The position numbers were made by a program, and so were the translations under genes. From assembly GCA_963663865.1 (NCBI GenBank), contig OY760686.1:256001-320000 (forward strand): a DNA stretch of 64,000 nucleotides, given 5' to 3'. Source of the DNA: Spirochaetota bacterium. Its GTDB lineage: Bacteria > Spirochaetota > UBA4802 > UBA5550. Positions 41,401 through 50,477 of the stretch are shown here, one piece after another. A model generated the notes under the pieces. The model was given only the letters and a program-made list of their open reading frames with translations. It had not been told where the DNA came from and ran no database searches. How positions within the stretch are numbered: position 1 is the stretch's first letter; each line of letters starts with the position of its first letter.

Positions 41401-41474
41401 TCGTTTCTAAATGAAACCGTCTGTTCGGCAGAAAAGGGGCCGAATCGGCATACTCTCAGACACTCAGGCCTCAT
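38472..41474 (-). CDS. sbcC: SbcC (Rad50-like SMC ATPase)
   Basis: GPTGSGKTT, LPQGEF, zinc hook CPVCGS, LSGGE and FIDEGFGTLD. Confidence 0.93.
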   Translation of the reverse strand: MRPECLRVCRFGPFSAEQTVSFRNEADFFLITGPTGSGKTTVFDAILFALYGSLTGTRNPASAVSGYMPEYSEPFSEFTFAIRGSRYKIKRVPRHDRPARRGSGTVEQPENVSFFRFRDGGWAPVEGKVTEINAEVERLLHLSKDEFSRIVLLPQGEFQNFLVAPTDQKRAILMKLFPVRAHEEISNRARELRNSGRAALNSKLADLKRLGSELNPERSAEELEGLKLQLKEKEDAAAQIQLKYDVALIELEKGRSLQNAFEEKKARADAVAVLREKIPEIEKIETALQRVIRAEKLRPVIEDAARLKKELVETESRLAELEKEKAAAVRRSEAADAASARRPKLEKAVSEGNSELGRLRPLLAKSSALIEKRKEAAELKAVAESVRGESDKASHEYEALCAEAASLRALITQNSVPPEEMREKRNELVKVEKLFESLAARETALDKRKSYVSEADGAREDIARINKVLDVNRSDEAALTARKEAAAAAGLAAGLEEGRPCPVCGSLSHPAPADGAGVFTDDERLAAVRENIAGSVAAAAAAEERLRKAESLILEVDGAVAALGLDEDDRLDEAKVQLEKLKHEVEALEEKSSLAADARHRLDEKDVQLNESAARLGLLKDKISSAESRLASAEASALALEADLEGIGNIQNRILETEEKVKAAGVEIKSIDAELNNAGLELKRIQGREGELSEAAARLRVSVEKAVEKAEKGSSKEGFDSASEAERYFRPESVIKEQQEKVQRFRDSLREAEIRLHQSEENLKGKTEPVMCVLGEAVEALNLKKKDADREVREAASRIDRLQGLITEYTRVSAESARLQDELVRIDEIAGDLNGENPRRINFQNFVLSAYLSEVASAANLRFNRMTEGRYSMSVSTEIEDGRSQAGLELEVFDSFSGRPRSVKSLSGGEKFLASISLSLGLADVIQSRAGEIELDSVFIDEGFGTLDEASLDRALSILDEVRCGRMVGIISHVQELRNRIPSQIRVVKSQTGSRIEQTG

Positions 41475-42592
41475 AGCTCTTCCTCCTTTTTAAGGCTGCG
41501 GAAAAGCTCAACCCTCTCCTGACTCGGCTTTTTTCCGTATAGATATTCATGAAAGCTGCCGAAGTCTTCTTCTATCGTCCGAATATCACTGCCAGTATTT
41601 ATCCTTATGCTTTCCTTTTTTGCCGCCTGAACCGCCTGCTGCCTGACAGACAGGATACCGGGAAACCTGTTTCTGAGAAGCTCAATTGGATTCATGACAA
41701 GCCCGCCGTCGGTGAGCTCGGCCTCCACATAGCAGTCCGTAAATTCCGCAAACTCCGGCGAGTTCAGAAGATCATGAAATGCCGCCCTGAGCCGTTTCAT
41801 TTTGCGGACGGGTTTCAGAGGAATTCTTTCAACTTCCGCCGCACCCTTCTTAACTTCCACCGACAGAAAGCACTTCTCGTCGGACTCCTCTGAAAATGAA
41901 TACTGAAGAATTGATCCTGAATAGTGCACTCTGTCTCCAGACCTCTGAGGCCTGTGCAGATGTCCCAGCGCTGTGTAGTCAAAGGGAGAGAACGCATCTG
42001 AATTCACCATACCGGAGCCTCCGACAAAGACCCTCTCGGAATCAGTGGTCTCGCCCCCCTGAGTAAAGAGATGAGCAGCACAAATATTTACAGCCGATGG
42101 ATCGCAGGCGGCCTGTACCCTTTTTACTGCTTCCCGCAAAATATCATCCTGCGACAGAGCCGGTGTTTCCTCGTCTTCAGAGTGAGCTGAAAAAGCTCCG
42201 CTTCCGAAAAACGGAAAAAGATAAAAATGATTGTTCTCAATAACTACAGGTTTGACAATATCTTCATAGCGTGTGCGGATATAGACCCGTCCCAGCTTCA
42301 TAATCTCCGCTCCGAACGACAGCCTTACAGCGTTGTCGTGGTTGCCTGGAATTATCAGCAGCGGGATATCCGTTGCTGACCGCAGGTCATCAAGAAAACA
42401 GCTGAAGAGCTCCACTGCCTCGGGAGAAGGAATGCTTCTGTCATAGATATCGCCGGCAATAACCATGGCGCCGTAACCGCCTGAAGCGGCATTATCAATA
42501 ATTTGAGAGAGAACAGCTTTCTGATCTTCAATCAGGCTTCTTTCATAAATAATCTTTCCAAGATGCCAGTCAGAGGTGTGCAGTATTTTCAT
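41471..42592 (-). CDS. sbcD: SbcD nuclease
   Basis: HTSDWHLG, AGDIYD, GNHD and ALGHLHRPQ. ATGA overlap with sbcC. Confidence 0.93.
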   Translation of the reverse strand: MKILHTSDWHLGKIIYERSLIEDQKAVLSQIIDNAASGGYGAMVIAGDIYDRSIPSPEAVELFSCFLDDLRSATDIPLLIIPGNHDNAVRLSFGAEIMKLGRVYIRTRYEDIVKPVVIENNHFYLFPFFGSGAFSAHSEDEETPALSQDDILREAVKRVQAACDPSAVNICAAHLFTQGGETTDSERVFVGGSGMVNSDAFSPFDYTALGHLHRPQRSGDRVHYSGSILQYSFSEESDEKCFLSVEVKKGAAEVERIPLKPVRKMKRLRAAFHDLLNSPEFAEFTDCYVEAELTDGGLVMNPIELLRNRFPGILSVRQQAVQAAKKESIRINTGSDIRTIEEDFGSFHEYLYGKKPSQERVELFRSLKKEEEL

Positions 42593-42727
42593 ATATTTAT
42601 TACCCGCGAAATTTCAATTCTCATCAGCGGCTGTGTCAAGCATGAAAACTGATTGACAGCGTCTGTAGATGCGCATAGACTCAATACAACTATTAGCCAG
42701 ATTCTCCGACTTTAATAACGATTTTTA

Positions 42728-43117
42728 ATGAAAACAATTGAAATTAAATCTTCAAAACGATCAGAACTCATAGACATCACAGCAAAGGTTGCGGAACACG
42801 TTTCCGGAAGCGGAAACGGTATGTGTATTGTCTATACCCCACATACAACGGCCGCAGTAACAATAAATGAGAATGCTGACCCTGATGTAAAATCCGATAT
42901 AGTCAAAGGCCTTGACGCCCTCTCTATTAACCGGATCAGCTACGAACACGCGGAGGGCAACTCACCGGCCCACATCAAATCGTCCCTGCTCGGATGCTCT
43001 GAGCTGATTCCAATCGAAAACGGAAAACTCTGCCTGGGAACATGGCAGGGAATATACTTCTGTGAATTCGACGGCCCGAGGCAGCGCAGGGTTTATGTAC
43101 AAATAATAGCCGGCTGA
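42728..43117 (+). CDS. YjbQ/UPF0047 family protein
   Basis: PHTTAAVTINENADPDV, HAEGNSPAHIK and LGTWQGIYFCEFDGPR. Confidence 0.9.
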   Translation: MKTIEIKSSKRSELIDITAKVAEHVSGSGNGMCIVYTPHTTAAVTINENADPDVKSDIVKGLDALSINRISYEHAEGNSPAHIKSSLLGCSELIPIENGKLCLGTWQGIYFCEFDGPRQRRVYVQIIAG

Positions 43118-43153
43118 TTAAACAGCAATTCAACATATTTTACGGAGAAGCAA

Positions 43154-43954
43154 ATGAAAATTTCATCGGCATTTCAAAAGTGCCATATGCTTATTTTTTT
43201 CACCCTGCTTTGCTCATGCGCGACTATTAAAGGCGCAGACATAAGCGAAGAGGGCCTTGATCAGCTGCGTGCCGAGAACAGCCTTATGAAAAGCACTATA
43301 TCACTTTTAAAAAGAGATAACAGCGTCACAAGGAAGGAAAATCTTGAATACCGCCGTCAGCTTGAGGAGCTCAAAGCTTCAGTCGAGAAGCTTAACTCTG
43401 ACATAGAATCTCTTAAGGAAAATCACAGGAAAGAAATCGCCCTGAAAAACAGCGCTTACCGCGCACTCGAAAACCAGAATAAAATACTTCAGTCTGAAAG
43501 CTCTGCCCGGCTTTCGGCCCTTATGAAATCGAGCAAAGAAAACGAGTCTAAACTCCGCGAACAGATTACAACCCTCAACAGGGAGAAGCTCGAACTTGAA
43601 TCGGCTTTCAACTCCGAAAGAGAAGCTTTAAAAAAGCAGTTTTCTGAAAAGGAGTACGAGTTCACCCGTTCACTCGAACAGATAAACTCTTCACTCTCAG
43701 CGGCAGAAAATGAGGTTAAAATTCTCAGAAAAAAAATTCAGGAAACTGAAGAGACCAACAGCGCTCTGCGTAGTGAGATCAACTCCCTCCGGACCCGTCT
43801 TGGACTTCCAGAGTTAGAGGCGTTGGAAGAAAAGCAAGCACCGGCAGATGAAGCCACTGACATGAATACAGGCAAAACTGAAAGCCCGAGTCCTCCGGAT
43901 GACAGCAGCCCTCTTGAAGAAAACCCGGAAGCGGAGACAAAGTCGAATCAATGA
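43154..43954 (+). CDS. Coiled-coil lipoprotein
   Basis: Lipobox LCSC, long heptad-rich region, acidic Pro-rich tail. ATGA overlap with the next gene. Confidence 0.65.
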   Translation: MKISSAFQKCHMLIFFTLLCSCATIKGADISEEGLDQLRAENSLMKSTISLLKRDNSVTRKENLEYRRQLEELKASVEKLNSDIESLKENHRKEIALKNSAYRALENQNKILQSESSARLSALMKSSKENESKLREQITTLNREKLELESAFNSEREALKKQFSEKEYEFTRSLEQINSSLSAAENEVKILRKKIQETEETNSALRSEINSLRTRLGLPELEALEEKQAPADEATDMNTGKTESPSPPDDSSPLEENPEAETKSNQ

Positions 43955-46101
43955 AAACCAGTCATTATCTGAAATACATAATTGCAGCCTCAACCCTGCT
44001 GCTGTTGGGCGCCTCTGATTCAACAAATGAGCCCGCCATCATATCGCTGCTGCTATCATCCAACCTCCAGGGGCGTTTTACATCAACTGAGAAGGATCAG
44101 GATATCAGCGATCCAATGCTCACAACCGCACAGACAATTATTGCCGCCAGAGAGACCAGGCAGCCAGACGTCTATATTGATCTTGGGAATTCCTTCGCGC
44201 CCGGCGAGCTCTCCCGCTTCAGCCATGGACTCCTCATGTCAGAGTATTTCGCTTTTCTCGGCTGCGACGCGACGCTCCTTTCATCGTTTGACATCTCTCT
44301 TGGAGTAGATACCCTAACATACCTTCAGACTGTCAGCAGGACATCTTTCCTCTCCGCCAATATCAGAAAAAAGAACAAAAAGCCGTTTGCAGAATACATT
44401 ATAAAAAAGATCGGCGGTCACTCAATCGCATTCATAGGGCTTTCATCGGACAGTATAATCTTCAGCGCCGCTGAAAAGGAGCTGTACGACGCCAACCTCG
44501 AAGTAATGGAAGACGCCATTGAATATTCCGCGGAACAGGCAAAAGCTGAAGGCGCAGACCACATTGTACTCGTCACAGGGCTCAGCCTTCAGGACACCCT
44601 CAGAATGCTCAGAGACTTCACAGACATCTCTCTTGCCATTTGCGGGGGCGACAACACGGCCAGAGTTCCAGGCGGAACGCTCACAAGAGTGGACCTCCCT
44701 GACGGCAGAAGCATTGTTATGATGCCGGAAAACCTTAAACTTGAACTTCTTAAGCTAAGGGCCGGCAAGATGCTTACACTTGAGTCCTATGAGGAAATTC
44801 CGGTTTCACATCACAGAGTCTCAAGCCCTCTATACGGCCAGTACAGCAGAAGGCTCGCTCTCTGGAAACGCCAATTTATGGAAGAGGAGGACATCGTTGT
44901 AGGAAAAACACCCCCTCAGGGCGGACTTGTAATAGACAGAACCTTTGCTGATTTTCTGCGAAACAGGTTCAACGCTGAAGCCGCTGTGCTCGAACCGGGC
45001 ACAATCAATCCGGCGGGCTTCAAAGGATCTGTGAAAGGCTATGAACTTCTTGCGCTTACATCCTCCGACCAATTCTTGTTCACCTTTGACCTAACAGGAG
45101 CGCAGCTTCTACAGTTAGCGTCAAACTCAAGGGGACTTGTGATATCAGGCATAAAGGACAAAAAGATACAGGGCTACCCGGTCCTTCCTTTCCGGACCTA
45201 CAGAGTAGTCTCAACTCAGCCGGCAATTAATACGGTTTCTTCCATAGTTGGAGAGCAGCTAAAAACAACTAACTCATGGCAAAAGATGACTGAAGTCATG
45301 AGAGACGACCTTGTAAACTCCGGCACCCTTTTTTATGACAACGCGGAGATCTCAGACAGACGGTTCAGAACAACAATCGATATTTTTCTCTCAAACTTTA
45401 TCGACCGTTCAAAGGTACGCAATGAGAACGACGAGACTCCCCCCGCCGGTATGCCGGAAGACAGCTACACAAGATGGGGACTCGAAAACAGGATTAACAT
45501 AGCCATATACAACTCGTATCACCAGTTTATAATTAACCCTTACCTCTTCTACGACAAACAGGGAGAAGACTATCTGAAAAACCGGGCCGGAGGGGCTTTC
45601 ATCTATAACTATAACTTTTCGGAGAACATCAAGCCTTACCAGAAGTCACAGATGGATACACAGGTGGCATCAGTTGACGGCCTGAGGCCGTTTATTCTCA
45701 GAGAAACGGTCGGAGCTATACTTGACGCTCCCTGGGAGATTAACAGCAAAAAGGTCATTTCGACAAAGTGGGGCGTTGGCCTCGAAAAGCAGCTGTCCGG
45801 CCCTGAGGAACAGATGCTTTACGGTCTTGAAACAATAATCAACATCAGGCTGCCATTTCTTTCATACTTTACAATGTTTTCAAACACAAACTCGTTTTTA
45901 GCCTATCAGAGATCCGGCGAGAGTTCAAAAAACATTCGCATTGAAACTGAAAACGGAATCAGCGCTGCGATCAACAGCCACCTCTCAGCCGCGGTCAAGC
46001 ATCGTTACTACTACAGATTCAGGGGCTCCGACAAACACCTCTACACCGATTCCCAGCTCATCACATCCATAGACCTGAAAGCTGATTTTAAGATTTGGTA
46101 G
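43951..46101 (+). CDS. Degenerate 5'-nucleotidase (UshA-like) fold fused to a predicted C-terminal outer-membrane beta-barrel
   Basis: Signal peptide. FLSANI, IAFIGL and GADHIV scaffold motifs with altered metal ligands. Amphipathic strands after about 45360, ending DLKADFKIW. Confidence 0.6.
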   Translation: MKTSHYLKYIIAASTLLLLGASDSTNEPAIISLLLSSNLQGRFTSTEKDQDISDPMLTTAQTIIAARETRQPDVYIDLGNSFAPGELSRFSHGLLMSEYFAFLGCDATLLSSFDISLGVDTLTYLQTVSRTSFLSANIRKKNKKPFAEYIIKKIGGHSIAFIGLSSDSIIFSAAEKELYDANLEVMEDAIEYSAEQAKAEGADHIVLVTGLSLQDTLRMLRDFTDISLAICGGDNTARVPGGTLTRVDLPDGRSIVMMPENLKLELLKLRAGKMLTLESYEEIPVSHHRVSSPLYGQYSRRLALWKRQFMEEEDIVVGKTPPQGGLVIDRTFADFLRNRFNAEAAVLEPGTINPAGFKGSVKGYELLALTSSDQFLFTFDLTGAQLLQLASNSRGLVISGIKDKKIQGYPVLPFRTYRVVSTQPAINTVSSIVGEQLKTTNSWQKMTEVMRDDLVNSGTLFYDNAEISDRRFRTTIDIFLSNFIDRSKVRNENDETPPAGMPEDSYTRWGLENRINIAIYNSYHQFIINPYLFYDKQGEDYLKNRAGGAFIYNYNFSENIKPYQKSQMDTQVASVDGLRPFILRETVGAILDAPWEINSKKVISTKWGVGLEKQLSGPEEQMLYGLETIINIRLPFLSYFTMFSNTNSFLAYQRSGESSKNIRIETENGISAAINSHLSAAVKHRYYYRFRGSDKHLYTDSQLITSIDLKADFKIW

Positions 46102-46112
46102 GATGGAGCCGT

Positions 46113-46598
46113 ATGGAAAAAGTTTATATAGCATCACCTCTCGGCTTTTCTGAATCAGGTACAGCCTTCCTCGAAAGCCGGATAATCCCGGCCGTAAAAA
46201 GTGCAGGCTTCATTCCCGTCAACCCGTGGGATGAAGCCCCGGAAGCGATGCTGCTTTCTGCGAAAACAATGCCGCCGGGAGAAGACAGGCACAGAGCGTG
46301 GAGGGATATCTGCCGTGTAATAGGCCGAACAAACGAAGAACTGATCTCCGCATGCGGCATTATGTTAGCCGTGCTCGACGGACCCGATGTCGACAGCGGC
46401 ACTGCTTCAGAGATAGGCTACGCGTCGGCTCAAGGCAAACCAGTCATCGGTTACCGAAGCGATTTCAGACAGGCCGGAGACAATGAGGGTTCAACGGTAA
46501 ACCTGCAGGTTGAGCATTTCATCTACAGAAATGGGGGCTTCCTGATTAGCTGCTGCGATGATATACCTGAAGCATTGAGTAAAATCCGATTGTTGTAA
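46113..46598 (+). CDS. Nucleoside 2-deoxyribosyltransferase / nucleotide N-glycosidase family protein
   Basis: VYIASPLGF, LDGPDVDSGTASEIGYA, YRSDFR and NLQV. Confidence 0.85.
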   Translation: MEKVYIASPLGFSESGTAFLESRIIPAVKSAGFIPVNPWDEAPEAMLLSAKTMPPGEDRHRAWRDICRVIGRTNEELISACGIMLAVLDGPDVDSGTASEIGYASAQGKPVIGYRSDFRQAGDNEGSTVNLQVEHFIYRNGGFLISCCDDIPEALSKIRLL

Positions 46599-46704
46599 GG
46601 GCATTGTTCTCTTTAGCATTCTACCATCGCCGGACTATCAAAATATAATTGACATTAATCATACAATAATCCACTATTTCTAATCACCAAAAAGGGGTTT
46701 TCCA

Positions 46705-47292
46705 ATGAAGACACGAAATTCTCTTTTTCTTGCTGCTCTGTTCTTTTTCGCTGCATTTACTGAAATCGGCTGCGACAATTCTGACTCGTCGGACACTCAA
46801 GCGGCAAGCACTACTGAAAACCTGAAAGACACCGTACAGCTGCCTCAGAACTACTATTACGATGATGAACTATTCCCCGATGAGCTTTCAGGAATATACG
46901 GCGACTGGATTCCATACAGCGCCTGCTCAGGAGACATGGCTGTAGTATGTACAGACCTCACGATTGAAGAGAATAAACTTGATTATGATTTTCTGAGAAT
47001 AGAGAGAAATGGAAAGTTCAAACTCTTCAAGGAGAACGAACTCATAATGTACGGGAAGATATATCTTTACCGGACAAACGAGAATGAAGAGCCGGCAACC
47101 TACAGCATTTTATTCTCTCCGGACAGCAGCCTCGGCTGCGATTCTGCTCCTGTAACTGAAGAAGAAGTATGTCCGCAGGTAAACGGTGTCACGACACCTC
47201 ACATCTCATTCGATTGGGTCAGAATAACTGACAACTCTCTGGTTTTCTACTTTCCCCACCTTTACGAAATGGGCTACATCAGGGCTGATTAA
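46705..47292 (+). CDS. Hypothetical lipoprotein
   Basis: Signal peptide ending IGC. IYGDW lipocalin-like motif. Confidence 0.55.
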   Translation: MKTRNSLFLAALFFFAAFTEIGCDNSDSSDTQAASTTENLKDTVQLPQNYYYDDELFPDELSGIYGDWIPYSACSGDMAVVCTDLTIEENKLDYDFLRIERNGKFKLFKENELIMYGKIYLYRTNENEEPATYSILFSPDSSLGCDSAPVTEEEVCPQVNGVTTPHISFDWVRITDNSLVFYFPHLYEMGYIRAD

Positions 47293-47300
47293 CTTGCAGA

Positions 47301-47338
47301 GAAGTCTATCAGGTTTAACAAACAGCCTGATAGACTTC
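47301..47338. terminator. Hairpin between convergent genes (probable bidirectional terminator)
   Basis: 13-bp perfect stem GAAGTCTATCAGG/CCTGATAGACTTC. Confidence 0.65.
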
Positions 47339-47371
47339 ACTTATTTCCACACATCATTTATTAAACAGCGC

Positions 47372-47497
47372 CTATCTGCAATCATCGCACGGCTCTTCTA
47401 CATCGGCATTCCTTGCCATCTCAGGGTGAGGAGCGTTGGTACAGAAAGGAAGGTTTAAGCTTGCCGATCTATTAAATGCCTTATTACTATTGTTCAT
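47372..47497 (-). CDS. 41-aa small Cys-containing protein (below ORF-track cutoff)
   Basis: AAGGAGGG RBS 5 nt before ATG. Translation MNNSNKAFNRSASLNLPFCTNAPHPEMARNADVEEPCDDCR*. Confidence 0.55.
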   Translation of the reverse strand: MNNSNKAFNRSASLNLPFCTNAPHPEMARNADVEEPCDDCR

Positions 47498-47547
47498 GGT
47501 TTCCCTCCTTGAATCCTCATAATGATCAACTTTCGTAATCTTCATCG

Positions 47548-47577
47548 TTCTGATTATTAAGTGTGTAATAATCAGAA
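47548..47577. promoter_or_regulatory. Perfect inverted repeat between divergent genes
   Basis: TTCTGATTATTA-N6-TAATAATCAGAA. Confidence 0.5.
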
Positions 47578-47650
47578 GTTGTTACAGAAAAGTTCTTGAA
47601 CATTATTCTCTCTGTAAACGTAATCAGTCATTAATTCACAAACACAGGGA

Positions 47651-48286
47651 ATGGCGATGGATATTTTTACTCTTAATATTTTCTCAAAAGGCGGCTTCAT
47701 GATTTTTCCGATTATTCTCGGATCAATCGCCGCTCTCGGACTCACCATTGAACGGGCTATCTATTTTAGAAGACTTCGCTGCAATACCTCTGCATTCTCG
47801 AAGGAGATTCTTGGCCTTGTTGAGAACAATCAAAACTCTGAAGCGGTAACGCGATGCAATACCGAATTACATCCTCTTGCCCCTGTTTTTGCAGCCGGCA
47901 TAAATAGTATCGCCAGTGGGCCGGGAGTCATGGAGCGCGAAATGGAACGCGAAGGAGCCCTTCAGGTAACATTGCTCGAAAAGAACCTGCCGGCGCTCAT
48001 TACCATAGTTGGTATTGAACCAATGATGGGATTTCTGGGAACAATTATTGGACTCATCAAGGCTTTCATGAATTGGGAGAAATACGGAACTAGCGTCACG
48101 GTTGAGCAGCTCGCCTCAGGCATCTACCAGGCCATGGTCACGACAGCGGCTGGACTGGCTGTAGCGATTCCATTCTACGTTGCCTACAACCTCTATACAG
48201 CACGTGTAAACAGAATAGCCTCTGAGCTCAACTACTTCGGAGACGCTTTGATAAGCGCTGCAGACAAAGGCGGATCAATCAGGTGA
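47651..48286 (+). CDS. MotA/TolQ/ExbB proton-channel protein
   Basis: KGGFMIFPI, IERA, PMMGFLGTIIGLI and QAMVTTAAGLAVAIP. Confidence 0.9.
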   Translation: MAMDIFTLNIFSKGGFMIFPIILGSIAALGLTIERAIYFRRLRCNTSAFSKEILGLVENNQNSEAVTRCNTELHPLAPVFAAGINSIASGPGVMEREMEREGALQVTLLEKNLPALITIVGIEPMMGFLGTIIGLIKAFMNWEKYGTSVTVEQLASGIYQAMVTTAAGLAVAIPFYVAYNLYTARVNRIASELNYFGDALISAADKGGSIR

Positions 48287-48708
48287 AGATTAAAACTCGT
48301 TTGAAAAGCAGCGGCACGCTTGATTCTGTCGCCATGACAGACATCATCATGAATCTCTTTATTTTCTTTTTTGTCAGCTTCAGCCTGCTATACACCTTCA
48401 ATCCTTACAGCGAGTCCAAAATCAAGATCAGCCTTCCCAGGGGAACAACACAGGTAAAGCCGGAGCAGGACGGGCCCGTAATCGTAAGTATTGATTCAGG
48501 AAATCAGATATACATTAGCGGTGAGCAAATATCTCCAGAGAAACTCATTGAATCGCTGAAGACAAAAGCTGAAACCCTCCAGCGTCACGGGGTAATTGTC
48601 AGAGCTGACAAGTCGGCAATGGTCGACTTTTTCGTTAAAGTTCTTGATGCCTCAAAACAGGCCGGGGTTGAAAAAATAGCAATCTCAATAGAACTTGATG
48701 AAAAATAG
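48283..48708 (+). CDS. ExbD/TolR biopolymer transport protein
   Basis: AMTDII TM aspartate, ISLP, VIVRADK and VLDASKQAG. Confidence 0.88.
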   Translation: MKIKTRLKSSGTLDSVAMTDIIMNLFIFFFVSFSLLYTFNPYSESKIKISLPRGTTQVKPEQDGPVIVSIDSGNQIYISGEQISPEKLIESLKTKAETLQRHGVIVRADKSAMVDFFVKVLDASKQAGVEKIAISIELDEK

Positions 48709-48711
48709 CTG

Positions 48712-49764
48712 CTACTCGCCGGATGGGCTTTCAAACAGCGATGGGGAATCCTCTCCGGAGAAGTTATATTCTCTGCCGATATGTGCATAAGCAGCTGGAG
48801 TTGCCATCCTACCGCGGGGAGTCCTCTTGATAAAGCCTATCTGAACGAGAAAAGGCTCATAGTAATCTTCAATCGTGTCTGTTTCCTCTCCAACCGAGAT
48901 AGCTATCGTCTTCACTCCTGCCGGGCCGCCGCTGTATTTATCAATAAGTGTGCTCAAAATTTTCCTGTCCATTCTGTCAAGGCCCATCTCATCAATCTCG
49001 AGTCTCTCAAGCGCGAATCGTGTAACCTCAAGATCAATTCTGTCCATTTTTCTGACTATGCTGAAATCTGCCACCCTCTTCACAAGCCTGTTGACAATAC
49101 GAGGCGTTCTTCTTGACCTCTGAGCTATCTCAAGGGCGGCATCTGAATCAATCCCGCGTCCCAGAATGCCGGATGACCTCTCAGCTATTATTTTCAGCTC
49201 TTCGGTGTTGTAGTAGTCAAAGCGCAGAGGAATACCGAACCTGTCCCTCAATGCCGAAGTTAAAAGCCCCGTCCTTGTAGTCGCCCCGATAAGTGTAAAG
49301 GGAGCCAAGCCGATCTTGATGCTCTTGGCGCCTACGCCCTGCCCGACCAGGATATCTATAGAACGGTCTTCCATTGCCGGATACAGTATTTCTTCAAGAG
49401 CCGGCGAGAGGCGGTGAATTTCATCTATAAAGAGCACATCATTTTCTTCAAGTCCTGTCAAGATTGAAGCAAGGTCACCGGCTTTGTCGATCACGGGAGC
49501 GGAAGTAGCCCTTAGATTAACCCCCATTTCTCTTGCTACAATAAGAGCGAGGGTTGTTTTCCCAAGCCCGGGAGGCCCTGCTAAAAGTATATGATCCAGA
49601 GCCTGCTTTCTAATTTTAGCTGACTCAATAAATACTTTTAGATTATCTGTAATCTGCTTTTGACCGATAAACTGGCTGAGGTCCTGAGGCCGTAAAGATT
49701 TTTCGACAGGATTACAGTCTTCATCAATTTTTCCGGGACTTACTATGCGCGAGTTATTTTCCAT
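48712..49764 (-). CDS. ruvB: Holliday junction branch-migration helicase RuvB
   Basis: LRPQ..FIGQ, GPPGLGKTT, FIDEIHRL, GATTR and RTPRGR. Confidence 0.97.
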   Translation of the reverse strand: MENNSRIVSPGKIDEDCNPVEKSLRPQDLSQFIGQKQITDNLKVFIESAKIRKQALDHILLAGPPGLGKTTLALIVAREMGVNLRATSAPVIDKAGDLASILTGLEENDVLFIDEIHRLSPALEEILYPAMEDRSIDILVGQGVGAKSIKIGLAPFTLIGATTRTGLLTSALRDRFGIPLRFDYYNTEELKIIAERSSGILGRGIDSDAALEIAQRSRRTPRIVNRLVKRVADFSIVRKMDRIDLEVTRFALERLEIDEMGLDRMDRKILSTLIDKYSGGPAGVKTIAISVGEETDTIEDYYEPFLVQIGFIKRTPRGRMATPAAYAHIGREYNFSGEDSPSLFESPSGE

Positions 49765-49782
49765 TATTAAATGCCGTGTTAT

Positions 49783-50244
49783 CTACTGCTGCTGCTCTTT
49801 CAGGGCCTTGAGCACGGCAGAGGCCGTTTTGAGTTTTAAGAGCTCCTCTCTGAATGAGCCGTCGCTCATAATCTTTGCTATACTCGCGAGTGTCTTGATA
49901 TGCTGGGCGAATCTGCTTTTTGGGACAATCAGCAAAATTGCAATCCTTACAGGCGCGTTGTCAACAGCGTCAAAATCAATCCCGTCGCTGTTCATTGCAA
50001 GCATGATGACAACTTCGCTCACATCCTCGGTGGTGCAGTGAGGTATAGCCACGCTGTTGCCTATACCTGTACTCATGGACTTTTCTCTTTCCACCAGAGA
50101 CTTTTTTACGGATTTTCTCTTATCCGGATGGATATCTTTATTCTTTACAGCTATATCCAGCATCTCTTCAATGAGAGCCCATCTGTCCTTCGACTTTGCT
50201 TTGAGAATAATATTGTTCTTCTTTAATCCGTCGGCAAGCAGCAT
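49783..50244 (-). CDS. PTS EIIA domain protein (PtsN-like)
   Basis: EREKSMSTGIGNSVAIPH phospho-His motif and GIDFDAVD. Confidence 0.88.
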   Translation of the reverse strand: MLLADGLKKNNIILKAKSKDRWALIEEMLDIAVKNKDIHPDKRKSVKKSLVEREKSMSTGIGNSVAIPHCTTEDVSEVVIMLAMNSDGIDFDAVDNAPVRIAILLIVPKSRFAQHIKTLASIAKIMSDGSFREELLKLKTASAVLKALKEQQQ

Positions 50245-50477
50245 TGATAGAGAAACTCCGGTATATTTTTAGCTTCTCATGATATTTTATTTGAAGGCGG
50301 CATTTTAGTCAAGGTAAACTCATTCTACCAAGTTCCAAAGTTTACTTTTTGTTAAATAGCAAGGAGCAGTAATATGACACCGTATAGCGGTAAAAATCAG
50401 CTCCAACCTGCTGATACACTCTTAAAAAGAAACAATTATAAACCTTGTATATGTAAAATCAATGGCTAAAAACCGGC

